Below, one piece after another: positions 27,323 through 38,770 of a stretch of DNA of 64,000 bases (position 1 is the first letter of the stretch; each line of letters starts with the position of its first letter). The stretch comes from Eledone cirrhosa. Lineage: Eukaryota. Location: NCBI GenBank assembly GCA_964016885.1, contig OZ024741.1, positions 12,028,001 to 12,092,000 on the forward strand. The letters run 5' to 3'. Made by a program: the position numbers and the translations under genes. The notes under the pieces were generated by a model, which had not been told where the DNA came from, searched no databases, and was given only the letters and a program-made list of their open reading frames with translations.

Positions 27323-28009
27323 TCGCCTATATCACCTCTCTGCATGACTGTCTGTCTGCACGCATATATCACCTCTCTGCATGACTGTCTGTCTGCACGC
27401 CTATATCACCTCTCTGCACGACTATCTGTCTGCACGCGTATATCACCTCTCTGCACGACTGTCTGTCTGCACGACTGTCTGTCTGCACGCCTAACGACGA
27501 AATATTTGCTTGTTTTACGTAGTCTTTAAATAGACTTGTTTTCAAGTAAAAATATTGTTTTAAAATGCTTTTAAATGGAAATGAAGCGTGTTTTTTATTA
27601 ATATTCCCTCAACCAACAATATGTCTTATGAAGTTAAGAAAACATAACGATAACCCGAATGTTATAACAAAAAAGGATGCTGGGGATAGAAACTGCACTG
27701 GTTATTTATTAACAAAGATCGAAAATGTAAACATTGCAACGCAGAGAAAAATATTAGCGTAACCAAATTATCAGTTATGTCTGTCTGCACGCCTATATCA
27801 CCTCTCTGCACGACTGTCTGTCTGCACGCCTATATCACCTCTCTGCACGACTGTCTGTCTGCACGCCTAACGACGAAATATTTGCTTGTTTTACGTAGTC
27901 TTTAAATAGACTTGTTTTCAAGTAAAAATATTGTTTTAAAATGCTTTTAAATGGAAATGAAGCAAAACGGAAGCTTAGTGTTCGAACTGATGAATTTTGC
28001 AGGTCAATA
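27323..28009. repeat. Second Helitron-internal cluster of the same ~580-bp/37-bp repeat, direct orientation
   Basis: 27323-27587 matches ~20610-20870; 27588-28009 matches ~20406-20915 with fewer 37-bp units. Confidence 0.9.
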
Positions 28010-28680
28010 TTTTGCTGGCTCGACAACTGTTCGTGTATTGTAATTTTTTACGTAAGACGCTCAATGTAAACAGAACAAAGGGAAATAACTGATCACTTAC
28101 GCTCAAAAATCGATACATTATATTCGATTTCGTCACATAGGGCGGGTCAATTTGAAATTATTTTTTTTCCGATGTCTTCGCTAGGGCTCAATGTACAAGT
28201 ATAGCAATTTCGGTGCAATTCCGTGAGAGATTCTAAGAGGAGATGTGTGCCGAAAATCGATAGACAGACAGACAACCACAGTTTTATATATATAGATGAT
28301 AAACACGAAATGTGTTTACATTGCAACAGACAAAGTTAGCTATTAATGAAATAAACTAATAAAAGTGAATACAATTTGTCTGTCTCGATACAAGTCAATA
28401 AAGACAAGGTTATATTGGCAACTGCCATGATTCCTGGACATATTTAAATTTCAAAATTCAAACCTGTTCTGTAGACGAATTTGAACCTCGAAACCCAAAT
28501 AAGTTTCGCAATGGTGGAATGTGAATTGAAAAATAAAGAGAATCGAAATGGAATAGAAATAAAAGAGTGAAATATCCAAATCATCTGTGCATATCAACAG
28601 GAATCCAGTAAGATTAGTTTATCTCACATCAAAAATTTTGCAGGACTGACTACACGTGGGTATATATATATATATATATC

Positions 28681-29188
28681 AGGAAAGAAGGTTTACATGG
28701 TTTGTTATACAAAAAAGTTTTTAATCACATAGCTTACATTTGTTTCACTGAACTGGTCTGTCTAGAGATCGCTATCCGCCTAATTTTGCGTCACTCGATC
28801 GCCAATACAGAATTATAACCAGTCAGATCTTCGGAGCATGCGAGAATGAAGAAAATACACAGGCAAGAAAAGAAAAGAAAATATGGAGTAGTTATGGCAT
28901 TCAATTAGAACAATAACAACAACAATTATTACAACAATGCTATCAATAAACTATTTAAGGAGACCCTGACATTACTTAGGTGGGGGGTATATAATGTATC
29001 TAATGTTACGGCGTGAAAATCAGCTGTCATAAGGCAAAAAGTATCGTAGTGTGTATCAATTTTAAATTATAAAGATAAGCTAGTTTTTACAGTCCTTCTC
29101 TTCATCTTCAACAGTATACATGAGTGGGACCACTGTCAAAGCTCAATAGTTGTAGAGTTAATACAGAGGTTAACGAATTAATATACGC

Positions 29189-29251
<63 letters not shown>

Positions 29252-29803
29252 AATATATATACACATATATGTGTACATAGACACATACATACACATCAAT
29301 ATACACTCGTACAAAAATATACATACATGCAAAGAGAAAAGCGTGCTAATTGTAGTTATGGCAAAAAGAAGGTAAAGTAACATTGTAGTAGTGAAATGAG
29401 AAAAACTAGGATCTAGGATCAAATGATTGCAGCAGCTGAGAAGGAGTAAGATTGTTGGTAGATGAGGTATTTACAGACAATTGTGTGGTATAGACTTGTG
29501 AAGGAAATAGTATACTTAATGAATATATTTCTGTGGGTAGTAGGTATCCTAATTTAAAGCTATGTTATGTTGGTTCGATTCACGGAGGTTTGAATCTTAT
29601 GAATTTAGTGGCTATTCTATGTCTGCAGAAGATAGATCTTTCTAACTTATTATTAAGTAGCCTTTTAACATTTCTAAGGATATACAATAGCTCAAGGTCA
29701 CACAGCCCGCAATAGGACATCCCTGTACTATAGGTTTTAGCAGCCAACAACTTCGACCAGTTGATAGTGTAGCTAGCGTTGCTGTCCTTCAATTCCCATA
29801 TTT
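28681..29803 (-). mobile_element. Penelope-like element, 3' fragment (end of GIY-YIG endonuclease ORF + 3' UTR/pLTR)
   Basis: WELKDSNASYTINW...Y...CGLCDLE...LLN...E...CRH at 29580-29800 matches the C-terminal pattern of PLE GIY-YIG domains; hammerhead-like fold downstream; (CA)n/(TA)n at 29196-29290. Confidence 0.78.
28728..28840 (-). ncRNA. Type I hammerhead ribozyme-like motif (U4C-mutated core, probably inactive)
   Basis: CAUGCU-CCGAAGA-[uCUGACUGGU...ACCAGuUCAGu]-GAAAC-AAAU-GUA-AGCuAUG: stems I, II and a minimal stem III are all formable. Confidence 0.6.
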
Positions 29804-29879
29804 AATATCATCCACTACCTGGAATACCATAACTGGACTTCACCTAAGTGGACTGCATTTAACTATTATTTGTTAATCC

Positions 29880-29962
<83 letters not shown>

Positions 29963-30313
29963 TTAGAAGAATCAATACTGCGTGGTTGCACGTGGGAAAA
30001 ATAGTCCTTCATCAGTGATTTTCCAACCTTCATTGGTATTTCATCGCTTTAAAAATCATATACCTCCAGTTGGTGCGAGCAATAGCTAAATAAAGCTATT
30101 GGGATAAGTAAATCACGTAAAGCGAGCGAGACAAGTAAACAAACATAGAAGGATATATATATATATATATATTAGAAAGTGAGGGTTTTTTTACAAAATG
30201 AAAAATAACCGAGGTGTCCTACACGAGTGAAAGTATAAAGAAAAAAAGATGAAATCGAAAATGCAACTGGAGTCTTATTTTTTTTTTTTTAAATATATAT
30301 ATTTATTTGGTTC

Positions 30314-30349
30314 CTTTACCGGTTTCGCAGTTCTTCTGCTTTTCAAAAA
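30314..30349 (-). ncRNA. Minimal type I hammerhead motif, family A (core UUGAAAA), truncated upstream by (TA)n
   Basis: UUU-UUGAAAA-GCAG aagaa CUGC-GAAA-CCG-GUA-AAG. Confidence 0.55.
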
Positions 30350-30451
30350 TATATATATAACGAAGGAAGTGTGGTAAGGAACCAGGTGGACCATAACGCA
30401 CCAAAGTACTCAATACTTAGGGTAGTAGAGTGGGTAATAGGAACCAGTAAG

Positions 30452-30545
30452 ACCCCGACGGCTGAGCTCAAGCCGTTTCGACGGCTAATTCTGGACTAAA
30501 TGAAAATTTATCCTGGTATTTAAATAGCCGAGCTTCTCAAGGGGT
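30452..30545 (-). ncRNA. Type I hammerhead motif, family B (core UUGAGAA, U3-A8)
   Basis: ACCCC-UUGAGAA-GcuCGGCUA...UAGCCGuC-GAAA-CGGCU ugagcuc AGCC-GUC-GGGGU; predicted cut between 30457 and 30456. Confidence 0.72.
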
Positions 30546-31061
30546 AATTCCATATATGGTCAAAGTGATTGTCACAAGGATTGGTCACAAGTTAGTAGTA
30601 ATCCTGTGATGGCAAATTAGTGGGGGAAGGGGTAGCTAAACCTGCCAGTAGGAGAAGAAGGGGAGGGGTGGGGTAGACCCATTCATGCGTTGGTAGTGCC
30701 GGCTACAGCTGGGCGTGAGGTCAAAGAAGATACTAGGGAGAGGGAGGGGGAGGAAGTCGAAACGGTAAGTAGAACAATAAAGGGTAAAAACATACTGAGA
30801 GTGAAAAAGCGAATAAATGTAAAGAAAAAAATAAGCAATTTCTACGACCTAAGTCTCTCGCTATTGCTAGGCTAAATAAATAAATAAATAAATAAATAAA
30901 TGAATAAATAAATAAATAAATAAAAATAAAAAATAAAATAATAAATAAATAAACTAGGTGAGACGGAGTAAGAATGGACCCTTTTAAGAGGTATAAGTAC
31001 GTATATCATACGGTGACGGGTCAACAAGGGGGGCAAAAATACTAAAGAAACTAACACGAAA

Positions 31062-32345
31062 TCTATATATATAAAACTGTGGTTGTCTGTCTGTCTATCG
31101 ATTTTTGGCACACATCTCCTCTTAGAATCTCTCACGGAATTGCACCGAAATTGCGAGACTTGTACATTGAGCCCTAGCGAAGACATCGGAAAAAAAATAT
31201 TTCAAATTGACCCGCCCTATCTGACGAAATCGAATATAATGTATCGATTTTTGAGCGTAAGTGATCAGTTATTTCCCTTTGTTCTGTTTACATTGAGCGT
31301 CTGCGTGCAAAAATTAAAAAAATTACGCTGGCTTTCTCAGCGTTTAAAATGACATTAACACAATAATTTTTACTTGAAAACAAGTCTATTTAAAGACTGC
31401 ATAAAACAAGCAAATATTTCGTAAAAAAAAGCAAAAATTATATAAGTTTATTTAAAATATATGTATCTGTAAATTTCGTTAGGCGTGCAGTCAGTTTTAT
31501 ATATATAGATGATAAACAATAATATCCTCTATGAGGTCACTAAACCTGCTAGAAACAGCAGCTAACTCTCCCTCATATCACACCACTCCCTACTGTCTTA
31601 AATTTAGAAAACACATATCCTCTATGAGGTTACTAAACCTGCTAGAAACAGCAGCTAACTCTCCCCCATATCATACCCCTCCCTACTGTCTTAAATTTAG
31701 AAAACACATCTTCTATGAGGTCACTAAACCTGCTAGAAACAGCAGCTAACTCTCCCCCATATCACACCCCTCTCTACTGTCTTAAATTTAGAAAACATAT
31801 CTTCTATGAGGTCACTAAACCTGCTAGAAACAGCAGCTAACTCTCCCTCATATCACACCACTCCCTACTGTCTTAAATTTAGAAAACACATATCCTCTAT
31901 GAGGTCACTAAACCTGCTAGAAACAGCAGCTAACTCTCCCTCATTTCACACCACTCCCTACTGTCTTAAATTTAGAAAACACATATCCTCTATGAGGTCA
32001 CTAAACCTGCTAGAAACAACAGCTAACTCTCCCTCATATCACAACCCTCCCTACTGTCTTAAATTTAGAAAACACACAGACAACCATGCAGAACAACTCC
32101 ATCGCAGCTCTGTTGATCGGCTGGCATCGTCTACTCGCGTGTTGCGCAAGTACTGTGAAACAATAAATTTCAACACTTTTTTGCACAGAGATAATATCCA
32201 TAGGCGAAACTACAATTGTCACTGCTGGCGCAGCTCATGCTTCCAGGTCTGCAATTCATTCACCCAGTGCCTGGCAGACAAAAAAGTGCTGCAACCTAAC
32301 TTTGGTAACTTAATGACCCCGAGCAACGCCGGGCTTTAATGCTAG
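31062..32345 (+). mobile_element. Non-autonomous Helitron of the same family (1284 bp)
   Basis: A|TCTATATATATAAAACTG start; the first ~250 bp are nearly identical to the autonomous 5' end; same hairpin CCCGAGCAACGCCGGG and CTAG|T end. Confidence 0.92.
31526..32075. repeat. 91-93-bp minisatellite, 6 copies, inside the non-autonomous Helitron
   Basis: Units start at ~31526, 31619, 31710, 31801, 31895 and 31988 (CTATGAGGTCACTAAACCTGCTAGAAACAGCAGC...). Confidence 0.95.
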
Positions 32346-32690
32346 TAGTTAATAAAGGTTTCTACCCCAGGCACAAGGCCATCAACCACCCAGTGCAGAA
32401 AAGTAAACTAGTACGAAATAATAATTGAGAGTCACTCTCAGTATGTTTTTACCCTTTATTGTTCTACTTACCGTTTCGACTTCCTCCCCCTCCCCCTCCC
32501 TAGTATCTTCTTTGACCTCACGCCCAGCTGTAGCCGGCACTACCAACGCATGAATGGGTCTACCCCACCCCCTCCCCTTCTTCTCCTACTGGCAGGTTTA
32601 GCTACCCCTTCCCCCACTAATTTGCTATCACAGAATTACTACTAACTTGTGACCAATCCTTGTGCAATCACTTTGACCATATATGAAATT

Positions 32691-32784
32691 ACCCCTTGAG
32701 GAGCTCGGCTATTTAAATACCAGGATAAATTTTCATTTAGTCCAGAATTAGCCGTCGAAACGGCTTGAGCTCAGCCGTCGGGGT
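32691..32784 (+). ncRNA. Type I hammerhead motif, family B, second copy (core UUGAGGA, U3-G8)
   Basis: Inverse copy of 30452-30545 with one core difference; predicted cut after C32779 (GUC). Confidence 0.65.
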
Positions 32785-32794
32785 CTTACTGGTT

Positions 32795-33134
<340 letters not shown>

Positions 33135-33322
33135 AACAAGTATGACCCCGACGGCAGAGCTCAAGCCGTTTCGACGGCTAATTCTGGACAGAATTAGCCG
33201 TCGAAACGGCTTGAGCTCTGCCGTGGGGGTCACACTTGTTCCTATTACCCACTCTACTACTCTAAGTATTGAGTACTTTGGTGCATTATGGTCCATCTGG
33301 TTCCTTACCACATTTCCTTCGT

Positions 33323-33391
<69 letters not shown>

Positions 33392-33458
33392 AAAAAGATG
33401 AAATCAAGAATGCAACTGGAGTCTTATTTTTTTTTTTTAATTTATATTTATTTGGTTC

Positions 33459-33494
33459 CTTTACCGGTTTCGCAGTTCTTCTGCTTTTCAAAAT
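33459..33494 (-). ncRNA. Minimal type I hammerhead motif, family A (inverted arm copy)
   Basis: Reverse complement of 33589-33624 with a weaker stem I. Confidence 0.5.
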
Positions 33495-33588
33495 TAGAGT
33501 TGAGATGGAGGGTCTGTGGTTTTTCTCACATCTGATGTTTTTCTCATCCAGATGTGAGAAAAACCACAGGCCCTCCATCTCAACTCTA

Positions 33589-33624
33589 CTTTTGAAAAGC
33601 AGAAGAACTGCGAAACCGGTAAAG
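33589..33624 (+). ncRNA. Minimal type I hammerhead motif, family A (U3-A8 core, palindromic ACCGGU stem III)
   Basis: CUU-UUGAAAA-GCAG aagaa CUGC-GAAA-CCG-GUA-AAG; predicted cut after A33621. Confidence 0.62.
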
Positions 33625-33759
33625 GAACCAAATAAATATATATATATTTTAAATTAAGACTCCAGTTGCATTTTCGATTTCATCTTTTTATCTTTATACT
33701 TTCACTCGTGTAGGACACCTCGGTTATTTTTCATTTTGTAAAAAAAAACCTCACTTTCT

Positions 33760-33863
<104 letters not shown>

Positions 33864-34022
33864 AGATCAAAAGATGGTTAAAGGAGTTCCATATATTTTA
33901 TTATGGAACTCCTTTAACCATCTTTTGATCTTATATTATGCATACTCCAGTCCCACAAACTGTAGAGTGCTTCTTATCCGATATCTGCATTGCTTTATTG
34001 TACTACAATAAAACTCACCTCC

Positions 34023-34069
<47 letters not shown>

Positions 34070-34250
34070 AAATAGAGCTTATATAGTATGAATATTGTTT
34101 CCTACACTTAATATGCATGTGTGACCATTGGTTTCAGAGTCCAGTTATGTTCACCACTGTATATTGGAGTAGGCCCAACTGAGCCCTCATGGGCCACTTG
34201 AACATGTGCGAGTGCTCGATGAGGGGGTTAGTTTGGAAGAGCCTACTCCA

Positions 34251-35250
34251 ATAATAATAATGATGAAAATTATTGCTCAGGTGCACTACAAGTTGTCAAA
34301 GGTGCATGTATAGTACATAGAATAATGTACAAATGTCAGAAAAGTGAACTGTGTATGAGTCATGATATATACACACACGCATGTCTTTTATCAGTATGGA
34401 GGGGGAATATCAGGTTTAGTGTTGGTGAATTTCCGGAAACATGCTGGTTTTAAAGGATGCAGTGTCCCGACAGCTAACAACTGATGCAGGTAGTTTGTTC
34501 CATGGAGGTTTTAAAGGATGCAGTGTCTCAACAGTTAACAACTGATGCAGGTAGTTTGTTCTATGGAGGTTTTAAAAGCTGCAGTGTCTTGACAGCTAAT
34601 AAACTGATGCAGGTAGTTTGTTCCATGGAGGTTTTAAAGGACCCAGTGTCTCGACAGCTAACAACTGATGCAGGTAACTTGTTCCATGGAGGTTTTAAAG
34701 GATGAGGTGTCCGGACAGCTGACAATTGATGGAGGTAGTTTTTTCCATGGAGGTTTTAACGGATGCAGTGTCTCGACAGCTAACAACTGATGCAAGTAGT
34801 TTGTTCCATGGAGGTTTTAAAAGCTGCAGTGTCTCGGCAGGTAACAACTGATGCAGGTAGTTTGTTCCATGGAGGTTTTAAAGGATGCAGTGTCTCAACA
34901 GCTAACAACTGATGCAGGTAGTTTGTTCCATGGAGGTTTTAAAGGATGCAGTGTCTCGACAGCTAACAACTGATGCAGGTAGTTTGTTCCATGGCGGTTT
35001 TAAAGGATGCAGTGTTTCAACAGCTAACAACTGATGCAGGTAGTTTGTTCCATGGAGGTTTTAAAGGATGCAGTGTTTCAACAGCTAACAACTGATGCAG
35101 GTAGTTTGTTCCATGGCGGTTTTAAAGGATGCAGTGTTTCAACAGCTAACAACTGATGCAGGTAGTTTGTTCCATGCTTCAGCATGGAACACTGAGCGTA
35201 ATAAAATGTTTCCGAAAGTCATGGGAGCTGTGCTGTTTTCTAACTTTGTA
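34251..35250 (-). mobile_element. CR1 3' fragment (same family as 2066-3018) with internal tandem expansion
   Basis: (TAA)n tail then GCTCAGGTGCACTACA...GTCAAAGGTGCATGTATAGTACATAGAATAAT, matching 2102-2153; 35175-35250 matches 2320-2390. Confidence 0.88.
34441..35176. repeat. 61-bp minisatellite, about 12 copies, derived from the CR1 ORF2 end
   Basis: Unit ATGGAGGTTTTAAAGGATGCAGTGTCTCGACAGCTAACAACTGATGCAGGTAGTTTGTTCC. Confidence 0.95.
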
Positions 35251-35267
35251 TATATATATACAGTAGT

Positions 35268-35440
35268 AATAATTGTTTCTACTTTTGGCACAAAGCCATC
35301 AATTACCCAGTGCATTACTGGTACTTTATTTTATCGACTCCGTAAGCATGAAAGACAATTTGAATTCAGAATGGCAAGGGCCGTAACTCTATGCGTCAAA
35401 GCATGGCGTCCAACCCTCTACCGATACTGCCAATCCACCA
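35268..35440 (-). mobile_element. Degenerate SINE remnant
   Basis: TTTCTACT..GGCACAA.GCC, CTGGTACTTTATTTTATCGAC and TTTGAATTCAGAA resemble mollusc SINE segments I recall; a similar end occurs at 32357-32397. Confidence 0.5.
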
Positions 35441-35669
35441 ATAAATGTGAAGACTAAAATCCGAAGAGGGCTCTTTTTCCCGTTCATTGCCAGGGAACGT
35501 CTTTACGAACCAAAGTATCGTCTTCCTGTTTTCCTTCGGTTGCAACGTTTTTCGAAATAATTACTTCTGCGTCCACAGATTGCTTTTTTTTAATTTCAGA
35601 AGATCCCAGTAAGGGTGAAAGCAGCGATTCTTTGCTTAAATTTTTATCTTTTATTTTGATAAATAAATA

Positions 35670-35670
35670 A

Positions 35671-35760
<90 letters not shown>

Positions 35761-36127
35761 ATATATCTGCGTGTTTAACTGATTCTTGTATTGTGTTTGT
35801 CTACATGTTAGTGTATATATCTCATTTGTCAGTCTATATAGACATATCAGTTTATAAATAAACATACATGACTGTATGTGTTTCTTTGAATATATGTTCC
35901 AATATTTGTAGATAGAGACAGATATGTGAGCAAACATATCAATACAGATATCTATCTATTGATCTTTCTGCATGTATATATGTATGTATGTACCTAAGTA
36001 TATATGTATATATGTGTGTATGTAAATATGTATATATGTATATATGTGTAAGATATGCAAAGACATGCATGCGTTTTGGACATGCATATATTCATTACTG
36101 TATACTCATCGATATTTGTACTTTTAC

Positions 36128-36219
<92 letters not shown>

Positions 36220-36387
36220 GTGTGTGTAAATATATATTGTATATATGTATATATGATAGATAGATAGATATATAAATGTATATTGGTAATTTTACCCGCC
36301 CTATATATATATATATAAATATATATATATGTGTGTGTATATATGATACTTATATATCCTTCCATTTCTATATCTAAGATCCCATCT

Positions 36388-36445
<58 letters not shown>

Positions 36446-36703
36446 AAGAGAGAGAGAGAGAGAGAGAGAGGTGGAGGGAGAGAGAGAATGATATATATAT
36501 ATATATAGATAGATATATATATACCCTTATATATTTATGTATATATACATATATATGCATACGAGATACATGTATATACATGCATCAGTGGACAGCTGGA
36601 CCTTATACACCGGCTAACAACACTAACTGCAAATCCTCTCATAAATTCTTTCATATTCCTCTAACGAATATCAATACATATTATAAACACCTTCTATATT
36701 CTT

Positions 36704-36783
<80 letters not shown>

Positions 36784-37140
36784 ACACACACACACATATA
36801 CATATACATATATATATATATCCTTTATACGCACCTACAGACATATGTATCTCTGTATGTATATGTATGTATGAATGTATGTCTGTATGTATGTATGTAT
36901 GTATGTATGTATATACGTATTTATGTATGTACATATGTATGCATGTATGTATTACGTTATTATGTATGTGTGTATTTATATCTGAGTATATGTATGTAAG
37001 TATGTATGTATTTATGTAAGTATTTATGTATGTATGGATATTTACATACGCGGAAGCCATACACATCTACAGATAAATACACACCAATTGACAAATACAC
37101 TTCTCTCTTTGTATATATATATATACGTGTGTGTATGTAA

Positions 37141-37217
<77 letters not shown>

Positions 37218-37270
37218 TATACATATGTATGCATGTATATATATGCATATATATATATATGTGTGTGTGC

Positions 37271-37311
<41 letters not shown>

Positions 37312-37395
37312 CATATATATATATATATGTGTGTGTGTGTATGTATATATAGATATATATATATAGAGAGAGAGAGAGAGGGAGGGGGGTAGAGA
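35670..37395. repeat. Compound microsatellite field: (TG)n, (TA)n, (GA)n, (CA)n, (TATG)n
   Basis: Directly visible. Confidence 0.95.
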
Positions 37396-37745
37396 AAGGC
37401 GGTGGGAGTTGATTATTAGTTCTAGTTGATATGACAATTAATAGCGCCAAGCGAAACAGAAAAACGTCAATGTTGTTAATAAGTTGCATTTGGCAATAAT
37501 ACTGCGGAAGAAAATTGTACAAGGGACATATTTCATGATTGACCGGTTCGAACAAGGTCTGTGATTTGTCTGTGATGTCAGCCAAAGATGGTGAAAAAGG
37601 ATGAGGCGGATAATGGAAGGTATATTGATACACGTTGCCAATTTTCACAATGGTGCATGACAACGGAAGTAATAATGTGACCGACTGGTTGTGGATATGG
37701 CAGAGATCAGGTGAGGTGGGGGCTGGTGGTAGTGAAATATACTCC

Positions 37746-38770
37746 CTCACCACCATCACTACAAAAAACACCAACACCACCACCAGTACCACCACCACCA
37801 ATACCACCACCACCACCAATACTACCACCACTAACAACACCATCAACCCCACTACCACCACCACTAACACCAGTACCACCACCATCACCACTAACAGCAC
37901 CAACACCACCGCCAGTACCACCACCACCACCAATTTTACCACCACTAACAACACCATCACCCCCACTACCAACACCACTACCACCAACACCACCACCAGT
38001 ACCACCACCACCACTAAAAACACCATCACCACCACTACTACCACCAACGCCAACACCGCCGCCAGTACCACCACCACCATCACCACCAGTACCACCACCA
38101 CTAACAATACCAACACGACCACCAGTACCACCACCACTAACAATACCAACACGACCACCAACACCACCATCGGAGATCAGGTGAGATGGTGGATGGTGGT
38201 AGAGAAATATACTGCCTCACCACCAAAACCAATAATAACAATCAATACAATCACTAAAAGCAACACCAACACCACCACCACCAGCACCGATACTACCACC
38301 ACCAACAACAAAACCACCACCACCATCACCACCACCAATACCACCACCACCAACACCACCACCACTACCACCACCAATACCAACACCACTAAGACTAACA
38401 CAAACACAACGACCACAAACCAGCAATACCACCACCACCACCAATACCACCACCACCACCAACAACAACACCACCACCACCACCAATACCTCCAGCACCA
38501 ATACCACCACCACCAACACAACCACCACTACCACCACCAATGCCAACACCACTAACACTTACACCAACACCACCACCAAAAACCACCAATACCACCACCA
38601 CCACCAATATCACTACGACTAATACCACCACAACCAATACCACCACGACCAATACCACCAACACCACCAACACCAACACCACCAATACCACCACCACCAC
38701 CACCACTAACACTAACACCACCACCACCACCACAAACCACCACCACCACCAATACCACCACAACTAATAC
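37746..38770. repeat. Degenerate (ACC)n/(ACCAAT) low-complexity tract
   Basis: Trinucleotide-periodic and A/C-rich; interrupted at 38172-38225. Confidence 0.9.

Larger units (their letters stand above)
20289..28296 (-). mobile_element. Complete autonomous-type Helitron (~8.0 kb)
   Basis: Minus strand begins A|TCTATATATATAAAACTG (28296) and ends with hairpin CCCGAGCAACGCCGGG (20301-20316) then CTAG|T (20289); A/T target with no TSD; contains the RepHel ORF. Confidence 0.93.

Noticed and set aside
29965-30020. CTGATGA on the minus strand (~30009-30015) as another hammerhead
   Set aside because: A weak stem follows, but there is no GAAA or convincing stem III/cleavage triplet; at most a decayed remnant.
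35484-35660. Possible host exon (DKNLSKESLLSPLLG...KDVPWQ)
   Set aside because: Short, no recognisable domain, no clear splice sites, and its frame opens from a microsatellite.
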